Below are positions 48,237-64,000 of a DNA stretch of 64,000 nt, one piece after another; within the stretch, counting starts at the first letter, position 1, and every line of letters begins with the position of its first letter. The notes under the pieces are model-generated. The model was not told the DNA's origin. It searched no databases and saw only the letters and a program-made list of their open reading frames with translations. Source of the DNA: Balanoglossus misakiensis (lineage: Eukaryota; Animalia; Hemichordata); assembly GCA_040954595.2 (NCBI GenBank), contig CM082577.2, forward strand, positions 19,132,303-19,196,302, given 5' to 3'. The translations under genes were made by a program, and so were the position numbers.

Positions 48237-48963
48237 TTAAAGCAATAGGTACATTTTAAGTATACCTAAATAGTACCTATTTAGTCCGGGAAAGTATACC
48301 TTAGGTATATTTCTAGTGTACTAGAATTTCGTAAGGGTGTTCCTGCACACCACCCTATTGCTGCACAATTCCTGCACAGGCTACCCTATTGCTGCACAGT
48401 TCCTGCACACAGGCCATCTTACTACTGCACAGTTCTTGCAGACTGTCCTATTCCTGCACAGTTACCGCTTGCCTTGTTCCTGCACTAGTGCAGCAACACC
48501 TCATTTGCATGCGAAAAAGTCGCCTTGCAGCAGAGCTGCAGCAACTTTCTATTGCACCGGTGCTGCAACCTTGTGGTATTGCTACTGCACCAGTGCAGCA
48601 ACACTGTGCAGGAGGCCTTAAATTTTCATAAGGGATATAGTTATGCACATAATTAATGTTTGAATATGATACTAGAAATGTACAGTACACTGATACACTG
48701 ATCAGCTGACCTTTTGTTTACGCATACGCCATTGCTCCGTTCTCGATCTGTCTGCGAGTCTGAATTTTTCGCACCTATAGATTTTAAAGATTTTTGAAGT
48801 CTGCAAATTCACTGGCATTGACAAAACTATAACATAATAAGTATAATGTACGCCCCATAATGTACTCGGCATTCGCCTCGCACATTATGTTGCACAATGT
48901 GTGCTTTCGTCCATTATGGGTCTTCGGGGCGTACATTATTCTCTAACCAATGATCATTGCTCA

Positions 48964-49442
<479 letters not shown>

Positions 49443-49621
49443 CTGTTGAGGGTAAAGTAGAGAACACAAGTGATTTGGCTTACAGACTGACCAACACAGA
49501 CGTGGACAAGGGTGTTATGTCCATGAAAATCTACCTAAATATGTACATTCGCAATGGCAGAATTCATGAATGTTCCTGCAAACATCTTCAAAGAGCTACC
49601 TTGACTACCCAGTGACATTAA

Positions 49622-50254
49622 CCCTTTGAACCCAGCTCGGAGGTTTACCGCCGCAGGATGACCTTTTGACCCCTAATTTTTCAATATGCTGACGTCAAGG
49701 CATTTTCCCGCCGACATTGTAAATCCAGCCATATGAAAGCAAGTTAGAAAGCTAGGGGACCCTAATGTGACCTTCCAAATGACTTGAAATCGATTCCTAT
49801 GCGAGCGACTACATAAAAAATAGTGATATCCAAGCAGCAATTTTTAGCGAAAGTTGACAGAGATTTAAAAATTGCGACCCGACGACAGTTACGCAATGAT
49901 CCATTGCAAGACGAGGATGCTTTCTGGGCTCATTTTGACCGAGTACTAGTAGATAGTAGCTCAGAAAGTGAAGATGAAGAACAAGACCAGCCTGACATCG
50001 TTACGGACCAAGATGGTGACCCCAACCGCGCGAACGATGAAGAAGAATTTGAGCCAGAGCCCGCGATCCAGCTACCCCCACCAGTTCGGCAACGAGTGAG
50101 AACACTGCCCTGTGCCCGCGAAGGAAACCCACCACATATGATATGGCAGGGCAACATAATAAACGGTAGGCAGGCTCCTATTTATAATCAACGACGTGGA
50201 CCGACGAGACAAATGCCAGCTGACAGTACACCATTAGATTATTTTCGGACATAA
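49622..50254 (+). mobile_element. piggyBac 5' fragment (U16)
   Basis: Copy of the U1 fragment. Confidence 0.78.
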
Positions 50255-51083
50255 AGTCATCGTCATCGTCGTGTCGTGTCGTGTCACAATCATTATTTTG
50301 GACATATGCTTACTGTGTGATGAAAGGTGAGAGCGCAGTCAAAAGGTCGGGCTGAATAATACAGAGACTCTGAAAATATTGTACCTTATTCTTATCAAAC
50401 ACGTTGATGGATATTTTGACAATTGTGACATGTGAACATTTACAAAAAAATGAAATAAATTTGCTTCAAACTCTTTGGCAAAACAAGGACATGGAGTTGC
50501 TGTATATTTGTTATTATTGTGATATATAGGTGAGAAATATATTGGAAAATGTCTTCATTACAAAAATATGTCGTGAAATTATTGACTAGCAAGAACCATG
50601 TGTATATGTATGGCCAAGGGGAAATTTTTAACTTCTAGTTCTGAACATTAAAGTTATTGCGCAGGCTACTGTAACCACATTCAAATAATACATACAATTT
50701 TCTGTTACACCAGTGCTTTGACCTTACAGTAATTAATTACTACTACACAGGTCAGGAACACTGAGAAGGCGGCCTTAAATTATGCATTTGGTATTGGTAC
50801 ATTTCAAATATATCTAAATTGTACCAATTTTAGTCTAGAAATATGTATACCTTAGGTAGTTTTTGTTTTCAAACAAATGGTTCATTAGGTATACCTAAAT
50901 TATGGTTCATTTGGTATACCTATTTATGGCAAAACGACCAAATCCAAGATTTTTTTTCCAACATATTGAGGCATTTCAGGAATACCTAAATAGTACCTTT
51001 TCAATCGAAAAAGTATACTTTTGGTATACCAATTAGTAAATTTAAAGACCAAATCTGGACTACCTAAGGTAGCCCTTTTTTAA

Positions 51084-51878
51084 GATGGGTCCCCGGGATC
51101 TTTTTGCCCGTTGCTATGGGCCTTTATAGGACACTACACTCAATTTTGATCGAAACCGTTATGAACGTCCGACAAGGGGCTTGTAACTAGTTAAAAATAC
51201 ACACGATTGTGTGCACACCCCCTGTCCGAGTATGTTTACGGCAGCTACCGCCCGGCCATAGGCCGCCACGCTAATACGGCAAAGCAGCGGTCAGTGATAG
51301 CGTGCGCGTCCTGTAACCACAGTAACTGGATCGAACACTAAAAATCCAATGTTTTGTACAAAGAGATTTTGTACCGTTCACGAAAATCCCTAAGGCTTTT
51401 TTCATAGGCCACGTACGCCAGTCAAATTTGATCTGCTTGTTGAGAACGCACTTCCGCACAGTGTGACGGATCGTTTTTTCGGTTTTCGTCGTGCTAAGAA
51501 GCGATACCGGTGGAAGAGTGCGTCCAGAAACACCCAAAATCGATGACTTTTTCTGGTGTGGTACGGGTATGCTGAAATCGTAGGATACAACGATAATATT
51601 TGAAAACAAAATCCGTCACGATCTTCCCTGGTTCAAGCAACTAATGAATACGTATCAAGTTCGTTTTTGAGGTCACGGAATAAAAAGCCTTAGGCTTTTG
51701 AAATTTGACCTAGCTAATTTGCATATCAATGGCGTCAGAGGGCGCGCGCTCACAATCGTGCAGATTTTCAACTAGTTACCAGCCCCTTGTTAGACTCTGA
51801 AAACGGCTTAGTCCAAATCGGGGTGTAATGTCCTGTAAAGGCCAATAGCAACGGGCAAAAAGATCCCGGGGACCCATC
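51084..51878. mobile_element. MITE-795 copy (U16)
   Basis: Same TIRs, TSD and site. Confidence 0.9.
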
Positions 51879-52608
51879 TTAAAGCAATAGGTACATTTTA
51901 AGTATACCTAAATAGTACCTATTTAGTCCGGGAAAGTATACCTTAGGTATATTTCTAGTGTACTAGAATTTCGTAAGGGTGTTCCTGCACACCACCCTAT
52001 TGCTGCACAATTCCTGCACAGGCTACCCTATTGCTGCACAGTTCCTGCACACAGGCCATCTTACTACTGCACAGTTCTTGCAGACTGTCCTATTCCTGCA
52101 CAGTTACCGCTTGCCTTGTTCCTGCACTAGTGCAGCAACACCTCATTTGCATGCGAAAAAGTCGCCTTGCAGCAGAGCTGCAGCAACTTTCTATTGCACC
52201 GGTGCTGCAACCTTGTGGTATTGCTACTGCACCAGTGCAGCAACACTGTGCAGGAGGCCTTAAATTTTCATAAGGGCTATAGGTATGCACATAATTAATG
52301 ATGTTTGAATATGATACTAGAAATGTACAGTACACTGATACACTGATCAGCTGACCTTTTGTTTACGCATACGCCATTGCTCCGTTCTCGATCTGTCTCC
52401 GAGTCTGAATTTTTCGCACCTATAGATTTTAAAGATTTTTGAAGTCTGCAAATTCACTGGCATTGACAAAACTATAACATAACAAGTATAATGTACGCCC
52501 CATAATGTACTCGGCATTCGCCTCGCACATTATGTTGCACAATGTGTGCTTTCGTCCATTATGGGTCTTCGGGGCGTACATTATTCTCTAACCAATGATC
52601 ATTGCTCA

Positions 52609-53086
<478 letters not shown>

Positions 53087-53265
53087 CTGTTGAGGGTAAA
53101 GTAGAGAACACAAGTGATTTGGCTTACAGACTGACCAACACAGACGTGGACAAGGGTGTTATGTCCATGAAAATCTACCTAAATATGTACATTCGCAATG
53201 GCAGAATTCATGAATGTTCCTGCAAACATCTTCAAAGAGCTACCTTGACTACCCAGTGACATTAA

Positions 53266-53388
53266 CCCTTTGAACCCCGCTCGGAGGTTTACCGCCGCAG
53301 GATGACCTTTTGACCCCTAATTTTTCAATATGCTGACGTCAAGGCATTTTCCCGCCGACATTGTAAATCCAGCCATATGAAAGCAAGT
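53266..53388 (+). mobile_element. piggyBac 5' terminus only, 513-bp deletion allele (U17)
   Basis: Same AAGT junction as U3. Confidence 0.75.
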
Positions 53389-54590
53389 CATCGTCATCGT
53401 CGTGTCGTGTCACAATCATTATTTTGGACATATGCTTACTGTGTGATGAAAGGTGAGAGCGCAGTCAAAAGGTCGGGCTGAATAATACAGAGACTCTGAA
53501 AATATTGTACCTTATTCTTATCAAACACGTTGATGGATATTTTGACAATTGTGACATGTGAACATTTACAAAAAAATGAAATAAATTTGCTTCAAACTCT
53601 TTGGCAAAACAAGGACATGGAGTTGCTGTATATTTGTTATTATTGTGATATATAGGTGAGAAATATATTGGAAAATGTCTTCATTACAAAAATATGTCGT
53701 GAAATTATTGACTAGCAAGAACCATGTGTATATGTATGGCCAAGGGGAAATTTTTAACTTCTAGTTCTGAACATTAACGTTATTGCGCAGGCTACTGTAA
53801 CCACATTCAAATAATACATACAATTTTCTGTTGCACCAGTGCTTTGACCTTACAGTAATTAATTACTACTACACAGGTCAGGAACACTGAGAAGGCGGCC
53901 TTACATTATGCATTTGGTATTGGTACATTTCGGATATATCTAAATTGTACCAATTTTAGTCTAGAAATATGTATACCTTAGGTAGCTTTTGTTTTCAAAC
54001 AAATGGTTCATTAGGTATACCTAAATTATGGTTCATTTGGTATACCTATTTATGGCAAAACGACCAAATCCAAGATTTTTTTTCCAACCGAATGAGGCAT
54101 TTCAGGAATACCTAAATAGTACCTTTTCAATCGAAAAAGTATACTTTTGGTATACCAATTAGTAAATTTAAAGACCAAATCTGGACTACCTAAGGTAGCC
54201 CTTTTTTAAAGCAATAGGTACATTTTAAGTATACCTAAATAGTACCTATTTAGTCCGGGAAAGTATACCTTAGGTATATTTCTAGTGTACTAGAATTTCG
54301 TAAGGGTGTTCCTGCACACCACCCTATTGCTGCACAATTCCTGCACAGGCTACCCTATTGCTGCACAGTTCCTGCACACAGGCCATCTTACTACTGCACA
54401 GTTCTTGCAGACTGTCCTATTCCTGCACAGTTACTGCTTGCCTTGTTCCTGCACTAGTGCAGCAACACCTCATTTGCATGCGAAAAAGTCGCCTTGCAGC
54501 AGAGCTGCAGCAACTTTCTATTGCACCGGTGCTGCAACCTTGTGGTATTGCTACTGCACCAGTGCAGCAACACTGTGCAGGAGGCCTTAA

Positions 54591-55166
54591 AGGTCCCATG
54601 TCATGCTTTGGAAAGTTTTCATTTTTCCACGTCAAAAGCTCACCTAGGGTACCTGTCTATGCATTGCCTATTGTGTCGGTTCCGAAAAATGTGCGCAAAT
54701 GCCGGAATTTGCCCCCTTTTTTCATGCCTGTGATCAGGGAGCCACTTCGCACTCGAGCCAGGCGAAGGTATTTGCATATGGACAAACAAGTACACTATGT
54801 CGTAGTGTACCATTCTGTTTACAGTAAAGTGTAATTAGCGGTCCATGAGTAATTAAGTCCACAGACAAAGACAAGCTATATAAACAGTGTTCAAAGCAAA
54901 GGAAGCCCTTGCCTCACATTGCAGGCAGAGGATTTACAAAGGTGTGAAAGACTATTTGTCCACATCAAGATAAGTCTTCGGCTTAACTTCGAAAAGCCGA
55001 AAAAAATCGACTGAGTTGGGTTAGGGGTACACGCCCACCCGCCACTTTTACTTGCTTGTTATCTAAGCACAAGGGGCAAAACGCATTGCAAGATAGTAAC
55101 ATACGTTAACTTCAAGACCCAAATAGTGATTTTACGCGTGGTTGTATAGGGCATGGCATGGGACCT
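54591..55166. mobile_element. MITE-576 copy (U17)
   Basis: Same TIRs, TSD and site. Confidence 0.9.
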
Positions 55167-55515
55167 TTAAATTTTCATAAGGGCTATAGGTATGCACATA
55201 ATTAATGATGTTTGAATATGATACTAGAAATGTACAGTACACTGATACACTGATCAGCTGACCTTTTGTTTACGCATACGCCATTGCTCCGTTCTCGATC
55301 TGTCTCCGAGTCTGAATTTTTCGCACCTATAGATTTTAAAGATTTTTGAAGTCTGCAAATTCACTGGCATTGACAAAACTATAACATAATAAGTATAATG
55401 TACGCCCCATAATGTACTCGGCATTCGCCTCGCACATTATGTTGCACAATGTGTGCTTTCGTCCATTATGGGTCTTCGGGGCGTACATTATTCTCTAACC
55501 AATGATCATTGCTCA

Positions 55516-55994
<479 letters not shown>

Positions 55995-56173
55995 CTGTTG
56001 AGGGTAAAGTAGAGAACACAAGTGATTTGGCTTACAGACTGACCAACACACACGTGGACAAGGGTGTTATGTCCATGAAAATCTACCTAAATATGTACAT
56101 TCGCAATGGCAGAATTCATGAATGTTCCTGCAAACATCTTCAAAGAGCTACCTTGACTACCCAGTGACATTAA

Positions 56174-56806
56174 CCCTTTGAACCCCGCTCAGAGGTTTAC
56201 CGCCGCAGGATGACCTTTTGACCCCTAATTTTTCAATATGCTGACGTCAAGGCATTTTCCCGCCGACATTGTAAATCCAGCCATATGAAAGCAAGTTAGA
56301 AAGCTAGGGGACCCTAATGTGACCTTCCAAATGACTTGAAATCGATTCCTATGCGAGCGACTACATAAAAAATAGTGATATCCAAGCAGCGATTTTTAGC
56401 GAAAGTTGACAGAGATTTAAAAATTGCGACCCGACGACAGTTACGCAATGATCCATTGCAAGACGAGGATGCTTTCTGGGCTCATTTTGACCGAGTACTA
56501 GTAGATAGTAGCTCAGAAAGTGAAGATGAAGAACAAGACCAGCCTGACATCGTTACGGACCAAGATGGTGACCCCAACCGCGCGAACGATGAAGAAGAAT
56601 TTGAGCCAGAGCCCGCGATCCAGCTACCCCCAACAGTTCGGCAACGAGTGAGAAGACTGCCCTGTGCCCGCGAAGGAAACCCACCACCTATGATATGGCA
56701 GGGCAACATAATAAACGGTAGGCAGGCTCCTATTTATAATCAACGACGTGGACCGACTTGACAAATGCCAGCTGACAGTACACCATTAGATTATTTTCGG
56801 ACATAA
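56174..56806 (+). mobile_element. piggyBac 5' fragment (U18)
   Basis: Copy with premature TGA. Confidence 0.78.
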
Positions 56807-58353
56807 AGTCATCGTCATCGTCGTGTCGTGTCACAATCATTATTTTGGACATATGCTTACTGTGTGATGAAAGGTGAGAGCGCAGTCAAAAGGTCGGGCT
56901 GAATAATACAGAGACTCTGAAAATATTGTACCTAATTCTTATCAAACACGTTGATGGATATTTTGACAATTGTGACATGTAAACATTTACAAAAAAATGA
57001 AATAAATTTGCTTCAAACTCATTGGCAAAACAAGGACATGGAGTTGCTGTATATTTGTTATTATTGTGATATATAGGTGAGAAATATATTGAAAAATGTC
57101 TTCATTACAAAAATATGTCGTGAAATTATTGACTAGCAAGAACCATGTGTATATGTATGGCCAAGGGGAAATTTTTAACTTCTAGTTCTGAACATTAACG
57201 TTATTGCGCAGGCTACTGTAACCACATTCAAATAATACATACAATTTTCTGTTGCACCAGTGCTTTGACCTTACAGTAATTAATTACTACTACACAGGTC
57301 AGGAACACTGAGAAGGCGGCCTTAAATTATGCATTTGGTATTGGTACATTTCGGATATATCTAAATTGTACCAATTTTAGTCTAGAAATATGTATACCTT
57401 AGGTAGCTTTTGTTTTCAAACAAATGGTTCATTAGGTATACCTAAATTATGGTTCATTTGGTATACCTATTTATGGCAAAACGACCAAATCCAAGATTTT
57501 TTTCCAACCGAATGAGGCATTTCAGGAATACCTAAATAGTACCTTTTCAATCGAAAAAGTATACTTTTGGTATACCAATTAGTAAATTTAAAGACCAAAT
57601 CTGGACTACCTAAGGTAGCCCTTTTTCAAAGCAATAGGTACATTTTAAGTATACCTAAATAGTACCTATTTAGTCCGGGAAAGTATACCTTAGGTATATT
57701 TCTAGTGTACTAGAATTTCGTAAGGGTGTTCCTGCACACCACCCTATTGCTGCACAATTCCTGCACAGGCTACCCTATTGCTGCAAGGTTCCTGCACAGG
57801 CCATCTTACTACTGCACAGTTCTTGCAGACTGTCCTATTCCTGCACAGTTACTGCTTGCCTTGTTCCTGCACTAGTGCAGCAACACCTCATTTGCATGCG
57901 AAAAAGTCGCCTTGCAGCAGAGCTGCAGCAACTTTCTATTGCACCGGTGCTGCAACCTTGTGGTATTGCTACTGCACCAGTGCAGCAACACTGTGCAGGA
58001 GGCCTTAAATTTTCATAAGGGCTATAGGTATGCACATAATTAATGATGTTTGAATATGATACTAGAAATGTACAGTACACTGATACACTGATCAGCTGAC
58101 CTTTTGTTTACGCATACGCCATTGCTCCGTTCTCGATCTGTCTCCGAGTCTGAATTTTTCGCACCTATAGATTTTAAAGATTTTTGAAGTCTGCAAATTC
58201 ACTGGCATTGACAAAACTATAACATAACAAGTATAATGTACGCCCCATAATGTACTCGGCATTCGCCTCGCACATTATGTTGCACAATGTGTGCTTTCGT
58301 CCATTATGGGTCTTCGGGGCGTACATTATTCTCTAACCAATGATCATTGCTCA

Positions 58354-58832
<479 letters not shown>

Positions 58833-59017
58833 CTGTTGAGGGTAAAGTAGAGAACACATCGTCAAGTGATTTGGCTTACAGACTGACCAACACACACGTG
58901 GACAAGGGTGTTATGTCCATGAAAATCTACCTAAATATGTACATTCGCAATGGCAGAATTCATGAATGTTCCTGCAAACATCTTCAAAGAGCTACCTTGA
59001 CTACCCAGTGACATTAA

Positions 59018-59650
59018 CCCTTTGAACCTCGCTCGGAGGTTTACCGCCGCAGGATGACCTTTTGACCCCTAATTTTTCAATATGCTGACGTCAAGGCATT
59101 TTCCCGCCGACATTGTAAATCCAGCCATATGAAAGCAAGTTAGAAAGCTAGGGGACCCTAATGTGACCTTCCAAATGACTTGAAATCGATTCCTATGCGA
59201 GCGACTACATAAAAAATAGTGATATCCAAGCAGCGATTTTTAGCGAAAGTTGACAGAGATTTAAAAATTGCGACCCGACGACAGTTACGCAATGATCCAT
59301 TGCAAGACGAGGATGCTTTCTGGGCTCATTTTGACCGAGTACTAGTAGATAGTAGCTCAGAAAGTGAAGATGAAGAACAAGACCAGCCTGACATCGTTAC
59401 GGACCAAGATGGTGACCCCAACCGCGCGAACGATGAAGAAGAATTTGAGCTAGAGCCCGCGATCCAGCCACCCCCACCAGTTCGGCAACGAGTGAGAAGA
59501 CTGCCCCGAGCCCGCGAAGTAAACCCACCACCTATGATATGGCAGGACAACATAATAAACGGTAGGCAGGCTCCCATTTATAATCAACGACGTGGACCGA
59601 CGAGACAAATGCCAGCTGACAGTACACCATTAGATTATTTTCGGACATAA
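59018..59650 (+). mobile_element. piggyBac 5' fragment (U19)
   Basis: ELE allele copy. Confidence 0.78.
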
Positions 59651-61197
59651 AGTCATCGTCGTGTCGTGTCGTGTCACAATCATTATTTTGGACATATGCT
59701 TACTGTGTGATGAAAGGTGAGAGCGCAGTCAAAAGGTCGGGCTGAATAATACAGAGACTCTGAAAATATTGTACCTTATTCTTATCAAACACGTTGATGG
59801 ATATTTTGACAATTGTGACATGTGAACATTTACAAAAAAATGAAATAAATTTGCTTCAAACTCATTGGCAAAACAAGGACATGGAGTTGCTGTATATTTG
59901 TTATTATTGTGATATATAGGTGAGAAATATATTGGAAAATGTCTTCATTACAAAAATATGTCGTGAAATTATTGACTAGCAAGAACCATGTGTATATGTA
60001 TGGCCAAGGGGAAATTTTTAACTTCTAGTTCTGAACATTAACGTTATTGCGCAGGCTACTGTAACCACATTCAAATAATACACACAATTTTCTGTTGCAC
60101 CAGTGCTTTGACCTTACAGTAATTAATTACTACTACACAGGTCAGGAACACTGAGAAGGCGGCCTTAAATTATGCATTTGGTATTGGTACATTTCGGATA
60201 TATCTAAATTGTACCAATTTTAGTCTAGAAATATGCATACCTTAGGTAGCTTTTGTTTTCAAACAAATGGTTCATTAGGTATACCTAAATTATGGTTCAT
60301 TTGGTATACCTATTTATGGCAAAACGACCAAATCCAAGATTTTTTTTCCAACCGAATGAGGCATTTCAGGAATACCTAAATAGTACCTTTTCAATCGAAA
60401 AAGTATACTTTTGGTATACCAATTAGTAAATTTAAAGACCAAATCTGGACTACCTAAGGTAGCCCTTTTTCAAAGCAATAGGTACATGTTAAGTATACCT
60501 AAATAGTACCTATTTAGTCCGGGAAAGTATACCTTAGGTATATTTCTAGTGTACTAGAATTTCGTAAGGGTGTTCCTGCACACCACCCTATTGCTGCACA
60601 ATTCCTGCACAGGCTACCCTATTGCTGCACAGTTCCTGCACAGGCCATCTTACTACTGCACAGTTCTTGCAGACTGTCCTATTCCTGCACAGTTACTGCT
60701 TGCCTTGTTCCTGCACTAGTGCAGCAACACCTCATTTGCATGCGAAAAAGTCGCCTTGCAGCAGAGCTGCAGCAACTTTCTATTGCACCGGTGCTGCAAC
60801 CTTGTGGTATTGCTACTGCACCAGTGCAGCAACACTGTGCAGGAGGCCTTAAATTTTCATAAGGGCTATAGGTATGCACATAATTAATGATGTTTGAATA
60901 TGATACTAGAAATGTACAGTACACTGATACACTGATCAGCTGACCTTTTGTTTACGCATACGCCATTGCTCCGTTCTCGATCTGTCTCCGAGTCTGAATT
61001 TTTCGCACCTATAGATTTTAAAGATTTTTGAAGTCTGCAAATTCACTGGCATTGACAAAACTATAACATAACAAGTATAATGTACGCCCCATAATGTACT
61101 CGGCATTCGCCTCGCACATTATGTTGCACAATGTGTGCTTTCGTCCATTATGGGTCTTCGGGGCGTACATTATTCTCTAACCAATGATCATTGCTCA

Positions 61198-61676
<479 letters not shown>

Positions 61677-61861
61677 CTGTTGAGGGTAAAGTAGAGAACA
61701 CATCGTCAAGTGATTTGGCTTACAGACTGACCAACACACACGTGGACAAGGGTGTTATGTCCATGAAAATCTACCTAAATATGTACATTCGCAATGGCAA
61801 AATTCATGAATGTTCCTGCAAACATCTTCAAAGAGCTACCTTGACTACCCAGTGACATTAA

Positions 61862-62494
61862 CCCTTTGAACCTCGCTCGGAGGTTTACCGCCGCAGGATG
61901 ACCTTTTGACCCCTAATTTTTCAATATGCTGACGTCAAGGCATTTTCCCGCCGACATTGTAAATCCAGCCATATGAAAGCAAGTTAGAAAGCTAGGGGAC
62001 CCTAATGTGACCTTCCAAATGACTTGAAATCGATTCCTATGCGAGCAACTACATAAAAAATAGTGATATCCAAGCAGCCATTTTTAGCGAAAGTTGACAG
62101 AGATTTAAAAATTGCGACCCGACGACAGTTACGCAATGATCCATTGCAAGACGAGGATGCTTTCTGGGCTCATTTTGACCGAGTACTAGTAGATAGTAGC
62201 TCAGAAAGTGAAGATGAAGAACAAGACCAGCCTGACATCGTTACGGACCAAGATGGTGACCCCAACCGCGCGAACGATGAAGAAGAATTTGAGCTAGAGC
62301 CCGCGATCCAGCCACCCCCACCAGTTCGGCAACGAGTGAGAAGACTGCCCCGAGCCCGCGAAGTAAACCCACCACCTATGATATGGCAGGACAACATAAT
62401 AAACAGTAGGCAGGCTCCCATTTATAATCAACGACGTGGACCGACGAGACAAATGCCAGCTGACAGTACACCATTAGATTATTTTCGGACATAA
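61862..62494 (+). mobile_element. piggyBac 5' fragment (U20)
   Basis: ELE allele copy. Confidence 0.78.
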
Positions 62495-64000
62495 AGTCAT
62501 CGTCATCGTCGTGTCGTGTCACAATCATTATTTTGGACATATGCTTACTGTGTGATGAAAGGTGAGAGCGCAGTCAAAAGGTCGGGCTGAATAATACAGA
62601 GACTCTGAAAATATTGTACCTTATTCTTATCAAACACGTTGATGGATATTTTGACAATTGTGACATGTGAACATTTACAAAAAAATGAAATAAATTTGCT
62701 TCAAACTCATTGGCAAAACAAGGACATGGAGTTGCTGTATATTTGTTATTATTGTGATATATAGGTGAGAAATATATTGGAAAATGTCTTCATTACAAAA
62801 ATATGTCGTGAAATTATTGACTAGCAAGAACCATGTGTATATGTATGGCCAAGGGGAAATTTTTAACTTCTAGTTCTGAACATTAACGTTATTGCGCAGG
62901 CTACTGTAACCACATTCAAATAATACATACAATTTTCTGTTGCACCAGTGCTTTGACCTTACAGTAATTAATTACTACTACACAGGTCAGGAACACTGAG
63001 AAGGCGGCCTTAAATTATGCATTTGGTATTGGTACATTTCGGATATATCTAAATTGTACCAATTTTAGTCTAGAAATATGTATACCTTAGGTAGCTTTTG
63101 TTTTCAAACAAATGGTTCATTAGGTATACCTAAATTATGGTTCATTTGGTATACCTATTTATGGCAAAACGACCAAATCCAAGATTTTTTTTCCAACCGA
63201 ATGAGGCATTTCAGGAATACCTAAATAGTACCTTTTCAATCGAAAAAGTATACTTTTGGTATACCAATTAGTAAATTTAAAGACCAAATCTGGACTACCT
63301 AAGGTAGCCCTTTTTCAAAGCAATAGGTACATTTTAAGTATACCTAAATAGTACCTATTTAGTCCGGGAAAGTATACCTTAGGTATATTTCTAGTGTACT
63401 AGAATTTCGTAAGGGTGTTCCTGCACACCACCCTATTGCTGCACAATTCCTGCACAGGCTACCCTATTGCTGCACAGTTCCTGCACAGGCCATCTTACTA
63501 CTGCACAGTTCTTGCAGACTGTCCTATTCCTGCACAGTTACTGCTTGCCTTGTTCCTGCACTAGTGCAGCAACACCTCATTTGCATGCGAAAAAGTCGCC
63601 TTGCAGCAGAGCTGCAGCAACTTTCTATTGCACCGGTGCTGCAACCTTGTGGTATTGCTACTGCACCAGTGCAGCAACACTGTGCAGGAGGCCTTAAATT
63701 TTCATAAGGGCTATAGGTATGCACATAATTAATGATGTTTGAATATGATACTAGAAATGTACAGTACACTGATACACTGATCAGCTGACCTTTTGTTTAC
63801 GCATACGCCATTGCTCCGTTCTCGATCTGTCGCCGAGTCTGAATTTTTCGCACCTATAGATTTTAAAGATTTTTGAAGTCTGCAAATTCACTGGCATTGA
63901 CAAAACTATAACATAACAAGTATAATGTACGCCCCATAATGTACTCGGCATTCGCCTCGCACATTATGTTGCACAATGTGTGCTTTCGTCCATTATGGGT

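Noticed and set aside
54358-54834. 158-aa ORF running into MITE-576
   Set aside because: Chance read-through across the insertion junction; broken by a stop in the other three copies.

Overview
The window is eukaryotic, probably an invertebrate animal, and is entirely a head-to-tail tandem array (macrosatellite). It holds 20 complete units of a ~2.84-kb basic monomer, with observed unit lengths of 1.9-4.6 kb. Units are numbered U1-U20 from anchors at 959, 4783, 9420, 12329, 15756, 18595, 21440, 24354, 27193, 30032, 32877, 35722, 37616, 41432, 45073, 48901, 52546, 55453, 58291 and 61135, and U21 starts at 63980. No intact protein-coding gene is present. Each monomer carries, on the minus strand and missed by the ORF track, two spliced-type pseudo-exons of the nonsense-mediated-decay kinase SMG1 (...[27 protein letters not shown]...) with premature stops shared across the copies. 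Next to them is the left end of a piggyBac element (TTAA|CCC plus a truncated transposase N-terminus), followed by two fragments of repeat-rich DNA elements. Units differ by three polymorphic MITE insertions (795-bp and 576-bp TTAA-target Kolobok-like elements, and one 811-bp pogo/Tigger derivative with a CENP-B-type HTH), a 513-bp deletion, a 181-bp duplication and one ~0.95-kb truncation. Together these define haplotypes and higher-order repeats. Family assignments come from motif recognition and recalled protein sequence, not from database searches.
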